A stretch of DNA of 64,000 nt, taken from the NCBI GenBank assembly GCA_964599885.1, contig CAZRHH010000004.1, positions 9,082 through 73,081 of the forward strand. Reading direction: 5' to 3'. The translations under genes were made by a program, and so were the position numbers. The stretch is from an uncultured Dehalococcoidia bacterium (GTDB taxonomy: Bacteria > Chloroflexota > Dehalococcoidia > DSTF01 > JACRBR01). Positions 9,987-18,681 of this stretch are shown piece after piece; position 1 is the stretch's first letter; each line of letters begins with the position of its first letter. The notes under the pieces were generated by a model. That model saw only the letters and a list, made by a program, of their open reading frames with translations. It did no database searches and had not been told where the DNA came from.

Positions 9987-10351
9987 TGCGTCCCTCCGCT
10001 CCAACTTCGCTCCAACGAGCGCATCCCTGGCGCTCTCCAGAATCATCAGTGCTGGATCGATCGCCGTCAATTCACTCCGCGAAAAGATCGTATGACGCTT
10101 GACAACCCGGGAGGATGTCGACGAGCCGTGTGGGTGGCGAGGCGCGCTAAATGAGCAGCGGGAGACTCCGGTCGATGGGGGTGTTCCAGAGTCACCGCTG
10201 CTCACAACCTGTATCCACGGTGCGCTACCGAAAAGTAACGGGTGTGGAGCCCGGAATCTGCCGTTCGTTGAGCGCTGTCAATGCCAACGTTATTCCGCGC
10301 TCGCCCCATCGGCTGTACGCTCATCCAGTATGACGATCGGACTCAGGAGCA

Positions 10352-11452
10352 GTGAACGTGCGGCCACGAATCGGCATCATCGGCGGCGGCAACATGGGCA
10401 CAACCCACAGTAAGGTCGCCCACTTCCTGATCAAGCAGGGCCTCATTGATGGCGAACTCGTCGGGATCTGCGAGGCTGATCCGGAACGTCGCGAAAGCTT
10501 CGCCGCCTCAGCCCGCACGCCCTTCGTCACCGCCGACCCGGACGCGCTCATCGCGTGCGACGACATCAACACCGTCTACATTTGCACACCCACGTTCAAT
10601 CACCGGATGCTCGCCGAAAAAGTGTGCGCCGCCGACAAGGCGCTGTTCTGCGAGAAGCCGCTCGCCTTCAATGCCGAAGATGCCGCGGCGATGAGCGCCG
10701 CCGCAAAGGCCGCCGGCATCACGCACCAGGTCGGCCTCGTGATGCGCTTCTCCGCCGTGATGAACGCGATGCGTGGGCTGATCGACGATCCCGCCGCCGG
10801 TCGCGTCATGACGGCGATCCTCGTCGATGACCAGTTCTTTCCGATCCAGGGACACTACGCCAGCACATGGCGCGGTGACGTGTCGCAGGTCGGCGCCGGC
10901 ACGCTGCTTGAGCACGCGATCCACGACATCGACATCCTGATCTCGTTTTTCGGCCGCGTACAGCGCGTCCACGGCGCCATTCGCAACTTCGCCGGGATCG
11001 AAGGCGTCGAAGATCTGAGCAACGCGATGCTGGAGTTCGAGAACGGCGCCGTCATCAATCACGCGTCGATCTGGCACAACATCCTGCACCGCGGCTCCAG
11101 CCGCCGGATGAACGTGATCTGCGAGAACGCGCAGTTCAGTTGGGACGACAACGACTGGTCCGGGCCGATCCGCACGGAAACGCTGAGTGCCGGTGGCCGC
11201 CGCGACTTGTCGTCCGAGGAGATCATCGCGCGCCACATTGAGTTCGCGGCGGTCAGCGATGAGCGGCTGCGCGGCATCATGAGACCGGAGTCCGGTGGCC
11301 AGGAGTACGTGCTCGAAGGCTACAACTTCCTCAAAGCCGTCAGCGAAGACCGCTCGGCATCACCCGACTTTGATGTGGCGGTGTACGCCCATCGCGTCGT
11401 CGACGCGATCTATCAGTCCGCCCGCGAAGGCCGCCCGGTGGACCTGGGGTGA
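10352..11452 (+). CDS. Gfo/Idh/MocA-family NAD(P)-dependent oxidoreductase
   Basis: IGIIGGGNMG N-terminal Rossmann fold, EKP motif and a C-terminal alpha/beta domain. Confidence 0.85.
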   Translation: MNVRPRIGIIGGGNMGTTHSKVAHFLIKQGLIDGELVGICEADPERRESFAASARTPFVTADPDALIACDDINTVYICTPTFNHRMLAEKVCAADKALFCEKPLAFNAEDAAAMSAAAKAAGITHQVGLVMRFSAVMNAMRGLIDDPAAGRVMTAILVDDQFFPIQGHYASTWRGDVSQVGAGTLLEHAIHDIDILISFFGRVQRVHGAIRNFAGIEGVEDLSNAMLEFENGAVINHASIWHNILHRGSSRRMNVICENAQFSWDDNDWSGPIRTETLSAGGRRDLSSEEIIARHIEFAAVSDERLRGIMRPESGGQEYVLEGYNFLKAVSEDRSASPDFDVAVYAHRVVDAIYQSAREGRPVDLG

Positions 11453-11459
11453 CGTGTTG

Positions 11460-11717
11460 TCAGGCGGATTGGCGCCCAGCGCCCGGCTCGCCATTGAGGG
11501 TCGCTGTTACGCGCTCGATGATCTCGGATGCAGGTCGCATGCCTTCGTCGGCTTCAATGACGATGAGTCGAATTCCAGCAAGAACGTCTCGTTCTTGCGA
11601 CGAAAGATCAGTATCGTAGTCCGACTGCACGAGCCATTCTCCGAAATCGCGCTGACTAAGCCGCCCCTCAGTGAAGCGTTGCAGCACCATGCGGGTCTCG
11701 GAGCTCAGTTGATTCAT
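11460..11717 (-). CDS. hypothetical small protein (86 aa)
   Basis: ORF starting MNQLSSETRMVLQRF, in a lower-GC pocket. Its start codon shares a CATG with the divergent ORF at 11716. Confidence 0.35.
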   Translation of the reverse strand: MNQLSSETRMVLQRFTEGRLSQRDFGEWLVQSDYDTDLSSQERDVLAGIRLIVIEADEGMRPASEIIERVTATLNGEPGAGRQSA

Positions 11718-12003
11718 GGCCAAACCATCCACTATTGAAATCACGCCGTCGGAGCTTGAGGACTTGTTCATGGCCCTCAAACTGTGGGAGAAGATCAACG
11801 GTGGCCATGTTACTGACGAACCCATTCCCGAACGCGCCGTGCCGTCGCACGGGTATCCCGGGGGGACGAGCGATATCGTCCGGCATCGCAACGCGGGCTA
11901 TCACGTGGCCACGACGCATCGTATCACAATGCCGGACGGCACTATTCCGCATTGGGACGCGAAGGACATCCACATCGGCGACATCGTGGTTCTAGCGCGC
12001 TGA
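11716..12003 (+). CDS. hypothetical small protein (95 aa)
   Basis: ORF MAKPSTIEITPSELEDLF... in the same lower-GC pocket; no family recognised. Confidence 0.35.
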   Translation: MAKPSTIEITPSELEDLFMALKLWEKINGGHVTDEPIPERAVPSHGYPGGTSDIVRHRNAGYHVATTHRITMPDGTIPHWDAKDIHIGDIVVLAR

Positions 12004-12035
12004 TTCGTCAAGAACGGCGGGGATAAGGATACCCA

Positions 12036-13517
12036 ATGCCAACCTACGACCTGATCATCCGCAACGGCACGATCATCGATGGCACCGGCGCGCCCGGACG
12101 CACCGGCGACCTCGCCGTGAAGGATGGCCGCATCGCCGCGATCGGCGATGTCTCCGGCGATGCGCGCCGCGAAATCGACGCGTCAGCGCGGGCTGTCACT
12201 CCGGGCTTCATCGACGTGCATGCGCACGACGACGCAGCCGTCGTCCGCGATCCGGCGATGGACTTCAAGATCATGCAAGGCGTGACGACGGACGTCGTCG
12301 GCAATTGCGGCGCCGGCGTCGCACCAACGTCGGAAGCGTTTCGGCGATTCTTCGCCACCGGCCTCAGCCCGATCCTCGGCGAGTGCGACCTGCCGTGGAC
12401 GACGAACGCTGAGTACTTCGACGCCGTCGACGCCGCGCACCCGGCCTGCAACGTCGCCGCGTACGTTGCGCACGGCGTGCTCCGATACAACGCGATGGGC
12501 ATCGAGCGCCGCGAACCGACTGACGCCGAACTCGACCGCATGAAAGAATTGCTCGCCGAGGGCATGCAGGCCGGCGCGATCGGTCTCTCTACCGGCCTCG
12601 TCTATCCGCCCGGCGCCTTCGCGAAGACGCCAGAACTCATCGAACTCGCCAAGGTGTCGTCCGAGTACGGTGGCATCTACACGAGCCACATCCGCGATGA
12701 GGGCGCACGCCTGCTCGAAGCCGTCGAAGAAGCGATCAGCATCGGGGAGCAGTCGGGCTGCCCGGTGCAGCTCTCGCATCACAAGGCCGCCGGCCCCGAC
12801 AACTACGGCCTCACCGAGAGCTCGCTGCCGCTGATTGAAGCCGCCCGCCAACGCGGAGTCGACGTCACGATCGACGCCTATCCGTACGTTGCATCAAGCT
12901 CGTCGCTGGCGGCGATGGTGCGCATCGGGCGCGAGGAGTTGTTCGCGCGCACGCCCGCGATCATCGCGAGCGTCAAGTACAACAAGGAAGCGTACGAAGG
13001 AAAGTACGTCAGCGACATCGCCGACGCGCTCGACCTGCCGATCGGCGACACCTTGCAGAAGATCCTGCACGACGAGGAGAACACGCCGTCGGTGATCCTC
13101 TTCATCATGGACGAGGCGGACGTCCGCCGCGTCATCGCCGACCCGCACGCGATGATCGGCTCCGACGGCCTGCCCACGGACGGCAAGCCGCACCCGCGCC
13201 TCTACGGCACGATGGCGCGCGTGCTGCAGGAATACGTGCGCGAGTCGCCGTTGATCACGCTCGAAGACGCCGTCCGCAAGATGACGTCGCTCCCGGCGAA
13301 GAAGCACCTCGTCCACGAGCGCGGCGTCCTGCGAGAGGGCTGGCACGCCGACATCGTCGTCTTCGATCCCGAAACGATCGCCGACCGCGCGACGTACGCC
13401 GACCCGCGCCAGTACCCCGCCGGCATCAACTACGTCATCGTCAACGGCGAGATTGCGGCGGAAGCGGGCGCGCAGACGGCGGCGCGCGCGGGGCGGATGC
13501 TGCGGCGGGGGGTGTGA
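12036..13517 (+). CDS. N-acyl-D-amino-acid deacylase (D-aminoacylase), amidohydrolase superfamily
   Basis: MPTYDLIIRNGTIIDGTG...PGFIDVHAHDD metal-binding motif and a C-terminal amidohydrolase_3 region. Confidence 0.85.
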   Translation: MPTYDLIIRNGTIIDGTGAPGRTGDLAVKDGRIAAIGDVSGDARREIDASARAVTPGFIDVHAHDDAAVVRDPAMDFKIMQGVTTDVVGNCGAGVAPTSEAFRRFFATGLSPILGECDLPWTTNAEYFDAVDAAHPACNVAAYVAHGVLRYNAMGIERREPTDAELDRMKELLAEGMQAGAIGLSTGLVYPPGAFAKTPELIELAKVSSEYGGIYTSHIRDEGARLLEAVEEAISIGEQSGCPVQLSHHKAAGPDNYGLTESSLPLIEAARQRGVDVTIDAYPYVASSSSLAAMVRIGREELFARTPAIIASVKYNKEAYEGKYVSDIADALDLPIGDTLQKILHDEENTPSVILFIMDEADVRRVIADPHAMIGSDGLPTDGKPHPRLYGTMARVLQEYVRESPLITLEDAVRKMTSLPAKKHLVHERGVLREGWHADIVVFDPETIADRATYADPRQYPAGINYVIVNGEIAAEAGAQTAARAGRMLRRGV

Positions 13518-13568
13518 GAGGCGCGCGAGGTAGCGGGCCTTGCCTAGTCGGGAAACGCGCGCGCCGAC

Positions 13569-14051
13569 TCAGGCGGCGCTGAAGCCCGAGTCGAGTTCAT
13601 CGAGATCGGCATTGAAGTCGAAGATCAGCTGGATCGGTTCTCCCGTATTCCCGTTGTCGTTGAAACTGTCAGCGTCCGTCTTGAGCTGGTGGCAATCGGC
13701 AACGATACCCTGACGCCGCTGCTGAAGAGAAACCTCCATGTGTCCGCGCGATGCCGTGCGAATATCATCCCACATGCTCGCCTGCTCTCCCTTCTCGCGC
13801 TTGGGCAACCGAACAACGTGCTTCGTCCGCACGCGGCGCCCCTGGGCGTCAGTGTAATACTCATCCCGCAATGCCCGCGCAAACTGATCGACGCACTGGC
13901 GGATCAATGCTCCCGGCTGGGGCTTCCAGTGGTTGTTCGCGATCGCCCAGTTCGCTACGTCGCGCAGTGTGGTGGGACCGGCGATACCATTCTCGGCCTG
14001 GTATCGGCGGAACAGGCCCTGCATCTGCTCGTTGAACGTAGACACATTCAC
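13569..14051 (-). CDS. hypothetical protein (160 aa), third gene of the HigB/HigA-peptidase module
   Basis: GTG start 16 nt after the HigA-ImmA stop, on the same strand. No recognisable family; lower GC than the flanks. Confidence 0.5.
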   Translation of the reverse strand: MNVSTFNEQMQGLFRRYQAENGIAGPTTLRDVANWAIANNHWKPQPGALIRQCVDQFARALRDEYYTDAQGRRVRTKHVVRLPKREKGEQASMWDDIRTASRGHMEVSLQQRRQGIVADCHQLKTDADSFNDNGNTGEPIQLIFDFNADLDELDSGFSAA

Positions 14052-14067
14052 ATCCTTTGGCTGTTGG

Positions 14068-15210
14068 TTAGACGTTGCCCGGCAGTTGGGATCCCCAGCC
14101 GTCAGTCAATGTGGAACCGATAACGATTTGGCGGATCGGGACGAGCAGTTTTCGGAGGTTGGCGTAACTGATTTCATGGAGGTGCTGTAGTTGGCCAACA
14201 ACAATGCCAGCATGTACCCCCGTCGTCCGGGCGAAGTTGTTCACGCGAGTAGCAGAAAACAACGGTCGAACACGAAGAACAAAGTCATGCAGCTGTTCCT
14301 TCGGAATCAGTGAGTTAACGGCGAAATCATCCGCGCGCCGTTCCGCCTCCGACTTTTCGCCCGCCAATAAACGCACCTCGTTAACTATCTCCTGATCGAG
14401 GACTGTGCCGTCCTCAAACAAGATGTGGGCGATCTCGTGCATCAAGGTGTGCCAAAAGTGGTCGATCCTGTCGTACCGGAGCGAAAGAACCACGACAGGA
14501 GCGTTGTCGAGCCAGAAGGAAGCACCATCAATTTTGGTGCCAGTGAGAGCCTCAACCATCAGGAAGCGGACGCCGTATTCTGAAAGGAGTTTGGGTACGT
14601 GGCGGGCGTTCTCGGGTTCATTCGCCAATTCTTTCAGTTCCCGTACGAGGGCGGGCAACTGCGCGCGAGAAAATGATTGCGTTGCGACGGCGGGCGCGAG
14701 CTGTCTGACTCTGCAAAGCCACGCGAGTTGAGCCGGAGAAGGTTTCTCATCATAGGATGTTGATTTGCGTGCCGCGTGCGCAAACTGCGGTTCGTCATCG
14801 AGAGTATCGATCCTCAGAAACTCCAATACCGCCAGCTCCAAAGCACCAATGTCACGCGTATCCTCGATCCAGTTCCGGCGAATCATTTCCCGCACCGGTG
14901 CCTTTGCGTACAAGCGCGCTCGTCGTGACACGGTGTCATCACGGTTGACGCGCGAGAGCCGGTACATCGATTCGAGATTGAGCCAGTACTGCGCACTTCC
15001 GCCGAGCGCGTCAGCGAGTGACTGGGCCGTCTCCGGCGTGATCCCGCGCTTTGCAGAGAGAATCTCGTGGACAACTGTGGGGCCGCGGCCGAGAATTTCG
15101 GCGAGGTCTGTTTGCGTCCAGCCACGCGCCTCGAGCTCGTCCTGCAAGAACTCGCCCGGGGAGAATACCTCGGCCGGGATCAGGTGCTCATTGCTCCTCT
15201 CGTGATTCAT
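14068..15210 (-). CDS. higA: HigA-type XRE HTH antitoxin fused to ImmA/IrrE (COG2856) Zn-metallopeptidase domain
   Basis: The N-terminus (PGEFLQDELEARGWTQTDLAEILG...AQYWLNLESMY) matches the HigA/VapI HTH. The C-terminus has HEIAHILFED, an HExxH motif in ImmA/IrrE context. Its start codon abuts the higB stop. Confidence 0.75.
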   Translation of the reverse strand: MNHERSNEHLIPAEVFSPGEFLQDELEARGWTQTDLAEILGRGPTVVHEILSAKRGITPETAQSLADALGGSAQYWLNLESMYRLSRVNRDDTVSRRARLYAKAPVREMIRRNWIEDTRDIGALELAVLEFLRIDTLDDEPQFAHAARKSTSYDEKPSPAQLAWLCRVRQLAPAVATQSFSRAQLPALVRELKELANEPENARHVPKLLSEYGVRFLMVEALTGTKIDGASFWLDNAPVVVLSLRYDRIDHFWHTLMHEIAHILFEDGTVLDQEIVNEVRLLAGEKSEAERRADDFAVNSLIPKEQLHDFVLRVRPLFSATRVNNFARTTGVHAGIVVGQLQHLHEISYANLRKLLVPIRQIVIGSTLTDGWGSQLPGNV

Positions 15211-15507
15211 CTAGTGGTAATCCTCGATCTTTTTCACCAAGACGATCTTGTTGGGAGCCGCCCCGGTCAGCTCTACGATCAGCCGGTACTGGTCGTTCAG
15301 GCGGAGTGAATGCTCATGCTGCCGTTTCCCTGCTAGTCGCTCGAACCGCAACGCCGGTCGTGCGTATAAATCGCGCTCATCAACAGCTGCACTTATCGCT
15401 TGCGTCGTCTTACGAAATCCCTTGACTAGGGCGAGAGACAGTCCTGCCGTAAAGCCCTTCTCCGTGTAGAGCCTCGTCAGCTTGGCGTCCGCGAATTCCA
15501 TTTCCAT
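15211..15507 (-). CDS. higB: HigB toxin (COG3549 plasmid-maintenance killer, RelE/ParE superfamily)
   Basis: MEFADAKL...GKRQHEHSLRLNDQYRLIVEL...IEDYH matches the Proteus-type HigB C-terminal signature (…EDYH). Start taken at MEMEF; the longer ORF extends to 15606. Confidence 0.7.
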   Translation of the reverse strand: MEMEFADAKLTRLYTEKGFTAGLSLALVKGFRKTTQAISAAVDERDLYARPALRFERLAGKRQHEHSLRLNDQYRLIVELTGAAPNKIVLVKKIEDYH

Positions 15508-15641
15508 CGGTTCGGGCGATCTTATTCGATCGTCCGAACCAACGCAACTATAGTTATCATGTTCTGCAGGAAATAGCAATATAGTATCCTCACGTTTTCC
15601 GGACATCGTGAAGATGTCGATACTCCTCCCTCGCCACGCTG

Positions 15642-15657
15642 CTTTCCTGTAGGAAAG
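15642..15657. promoter_or_regulatory. palindrome CTTTCCT-GT-AGGAAAG upstream of higB (candidate HigA operator)
   Basis: Perfect 7-bp inverted arms with a 2-bp spacer. A related half-site, TTTCCTGCAGAA, lies at 15562-15575 inside an AT-rich promoter-like stretch. Confidence 0.4.
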
Positions 15658-15731
15658 TGCCAGATTTCACAAGGTTTGACGCGCGATCGCCGAAAACCCG
15701 TTGACCGAAGCTCTGGAGGCGGTACAATTCT

Positions 15732-16466
15732 GTGTGCCTCGAACCTCGAACCGGAGATTGCACAGATTTGCCGAGCTTTCACGCCCCTGAACCTGCCGTA
15801 GCCTCCCTCGCGCTTGCCGATGGCGATCGCTGGCTGACGCTTGGCCAGGCCTGCCGCCTCCTCAATGTCGACGAATCGACGTTGCGGCGCTGGGCCGATG
15901 CCGCGCAGGTGCGCACGTTCCGCACCCCTGGCGGCCACCGCCGCTTCGCCGAGGGCGACGTCCGCGCGATCATGAACGGCCGCACCCGCAAGCAATTCTC
16001 CGACGTCGGTGATCTCGCGACGCGCCGCATCCGCCAGCAACTCCACCGCAAGGATCACGGCGCCTGGTACGACACCGTCGACGAGGCGCAGCGCGAGAAG
16101 CTGCGTCCGCTCGGCCGCCGCCTGATGGCGCTTGTCGCCGACTATCTCGCAAAGCGCGGGCGCAAGACGTCGCTGCTCGAAGAAGCGCGCGTGACGGGCG
16201 CCGAGTACGGAATCGAGCTCGCGCACTCCGGTATGTCGCTGTCGCAGGCGATGGAGGCGTTCACGTTCTTCCGCCGCAGCCTCGATCAGTCGGCGAAGCA
16301 GGCGCTGGCGAAAGCCGGCAGCGCGCCGGCCGATTCCGTCGACGTGTGCGAGCAGATCATGGCCCTGGCCGACGAGGTGCTGCTCGGCATCGCCGGCGCC
16401 TACGAACACGAGTCATCGTCCGCGGCGCCAGCAGAAGCGACAGCCGAAGGGCGTGGCGATGCCTGA
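15732..16466 (+). CDS. MerR/excisionase-type HTH DNA-binding protein with C-terminal domain of unknown function
   Basis: LTLGQACRLLNVDESTLRRWADAAQVRTFRTPGGHRRFAEGDV is a typical HTH_17/MerR-like motif. The true start may be internal. Confidence 0.5.
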   Translation: MCLEPRTGDCTDLPSFHAPEPAVASLALADGDRWLTLGQACRLLNVDESTLRRWADAAQVRTFRTPGGHRRFAEGDVRAIMNGRTRKQFSDVGDLATRRIRQQLHRKDHGAWYDTVDEAQREKLRPLGRRLMALVADYLAKRGRKTSLLEEARVTGAEYGIELAHSGMSLSQAMEAFTFFRRSLDQSAKQALAKAGSAPADSVDVCEQIMALADEVLLGIAGAYEHESSSAAPAEATAEGRGDA

Positions 16467-16730
16467 TCGCGAGCGCACACGTTCGCAGCCCGGGCGCATC
16501 GGCCCGTGGCGGCTGCTCGATCTGGCGCAGGCGACGCTGCCGATGCGTGCCGGCCTCTTCGGCGGCGGCGCGATCCTGCCAGAATACGGACCGCCGGATA
16601 GCGCGCCGGCGTTCAGCGAGCCGGATCATGAACTTCCAGGCTCCAACATCGAAACGAGTGAACAAGCACAGGCTGTGCAACGCGAGCGCGCCCGCCGCTT
16701 CGTCCGCACGGCCAGACCAGGACGGTAGCC

Positions 16731-17393
16731 ATGGCCCTCTACCCGATCTTCATCGAAGCAGGCGGCAGACCAGTACTCGTCATCGGCGGCGGCAACGTTG
16801 GCGCCGAGAAGGTGCGCGGCCTGCTCAACGCCGAAGCCGACATCACCGTCGTCAGTCCCGATCTCATCCCCGAACTCCAGGAGTACAAGGACGCCTGCCG
16901 CATCAAGCACGTCGCGCGTCCGTACGTCGAGTCCGACCTCGATGGCGGCTGGGAGTGGATCATGGTGGCGACCGACGACGGCGCCGTGAACGCTGAGGTC
17001 GCCGCCGCCGGCAAACGCCGCCGCATCTGGGTGAACGCCGCCGACGATCCCGTCAACTGCGATTTCATCCTCCCCTCCGTGGTCCGGAAAGGGAAGATCA
17101 CGCTCGCCGCATCGACATCGGGCACCAGCCCCGCCCTCGCCCGCCGCCTGCGCGAAGAACTCGACGCGTATCTCACCGAAGACATGCCCGCGCTCGCCGA
17201 CCTCCTCGCCGAAGTCCGCCAGGAAATCCGCAGGCGCGGCATCAAGGTCGAGAACGACACGTGGCAGCAAGCGATCGACGTGCAGCTGCGCGTGATGCTC
17301 GCGCAGCGCCGGTACGACGAAGCGCGCGCGCACCTCATCCGCGGCCTCGGCATTGACTTGCCGCCGCTCGGCGTCCCCGAAAGCGTGGGTTGA
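16731..17393 (+). CDS. precorrin-2 dehydrogenase / sirohydrochlorin ferrochelatase (SirC / CysG N-terminal-domain-like)
   Basis: VLVIGGGNVGAEKVRGLL NAD-binding motif, 220 aa, first gene of the haem operon. Confidence 0.8.
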   Translation: MALYPIFIEAGGRPVLVIGGGNVGAEKVRGLLNAEADITVVSPDLIPELQEYKDACRIKHVARPYVESDLDGGWEWIMVATDDGAVNAEVAAAGKRRRIWVNAADDPVNCDFILPSVVRKGKITLAASTSGTSPALARRLREELDAYLTEDMPALADLLAEVRQEIRRRGIKVENDTWQQAIDVQLRVMLAQRRYDEARAHLIRGLGIDLPPLGVPESVG

Positions 17394-17394
17394 G

Positions 17395-18681
17395 GTGCAG
17401 ATCTCACTCGTCGGCATTTCGCACAAGACAGCACCCGTCGCCGTGCGCGAACACTATGCCTTCACGCCAGACGAGCTGCCCGAACTGCTGACGCAGCTCG
17501 GCGAACGCTACGGCGGCGCCGCCGTCCTATCGACATGCAACCGCACGGAGATCTACATCGCCAGCGCGCGTGGTATCGCCGACCCGCGCCCCATCGTCGC
17601 GCTGATCAGCGAGATCAAGAGCGAGGCGCCGATGGAAGGAGCGCCGTTTTTTGCGCTGCCCTCGAAAGAAGCCGCTCGCCATCTCTTCCGCGTCGCTGCC
17701 GGCGTCGAATCGATGGTCATCGGCGAGTCGGAGATCCTCGGCCAGGTGCGTGGCGCCTTCACGGCGGCGACGGCCGCCGGCACGCACACGCCCGCGCTCT
17801 CGCGGCTCTTCCACACCGCCATCCGCGTCGGCCGAAAGGTGCGTACCCAGACGGGCATCGGCCGCCATTCGGTCTCCGTCAGTTCGACCGCGGTGCAGCT
17901 CGCGCGCCGCACGCCCGGCGACGTCAGCGACAAGACGGTCCTCGTCATCGGCGCCGGTGAGGCGGGGCAACTCACCGCCGGCAACCTCAACGGCGTCGGC
18001 GTCGGGCGCATGCTCGTCACCAGCCGCAACCCCGAACGCACGGCTGATCTCGCCCACGCGCTCGGCGGCAGCGCGGTCGCCTACGAACGCCGCGCTGCTG
18101 CGATTGCGGAGGCGGACATCGTCATCTCATCGACCGCCGCGCAGGACTTTGTGATCGACCGCGCGATGGTGCAGGAAGCGATGGCCACGCGCGCGGGCCG
18201 CCCGCTGCTGCTGATCGATATCGCCGTGCCGCGCGATATCGACCCGACAGCCGGCGCGCTTCCCGGCGTCACGCTCTACGACATCGATGCGCTGCAGACC
18301 GTCGTCGAGCAGAACATGCAGTTGCGCCGCGCGGAACTGAGCGCGGCCGAAGTCATCGTCGAAGAAGGCGTGACGAAATTCGGCGAGTGGCTCCGTTCGC
18401 TCGAAGTCGTGCCGACCGTCGCGTCGCTGCGCGCCCGCGCCGAAAGCGTGCGGCTCGCCGAACTCGAGCGCACGCTCTCGAAAACAACGATGAGCGCCAC
18501 CGACCGCAAGCGCGTCGAAGCAATGACCTCGGCGCTCGTGAAGAAACTGCTCCACAGCCCGATCGCCCGCCTCAAGACCCCCGGCGAAGGCGACCGCTAC
18601 ATCGAAGCGGCGCGCGCGCTGTTCGATCTCGACGGCGAGCCGCCGGCCATCGATCCGGCGACGGATGCGCCCGACGCATGA
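17395..18681 (+). CDS. hemA: glutamyl-tRNA reductase
   Basis: In-frame GTG start 1 nt after the previous stop. SLVGISHKTAPVAVRE, CNRTEIY and NAD-binding GAGE motifs. Confidence 0.9.
   Translation: MQISLVGISHKTAPVAVREHYAFTPDELPELLTQLGERYGGAAVLSTCNRTEIYIASARGIADPRPIVALISEIKSEAPMEGAPFFALPSKEAARHLFRVAAGVESMVIGESEILGQVRGAFTAATAAGTHTPALSRLFHTAIRVGRKVRTQTGIGRHSVSVSSTAVQLARRTPGDVSDKTVLVIGAGEAGQLTAGNLNGVGVGRMLVTSRNPERTADLAHALGGSAVAYERRAAAIAEADIVISSTAAQDFVIDRAMVQEAMATRAGRPLLLIDIAVPRDIDPTAGALPGVTLYDIDALQTVVEQNMQLRRAELSAAEVIVEEGVTKFGEWLRSLEVVPTVASLRARAESVRLAELERTLSKTTMSATDRKRVEAMTSALVKKLLHSPIARLKTPGEGDRYIEAARALFDLDGEPPAIDPATDAPDA

Noticed and set aside
15522-16409. 295-aa minus-strand ORF
   Set aside because: It overlaps the plus-strand MerR-like HTH gene, which has a clear DNA-binding motif. 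The minus frame is Arg/Ala-rich shadow.
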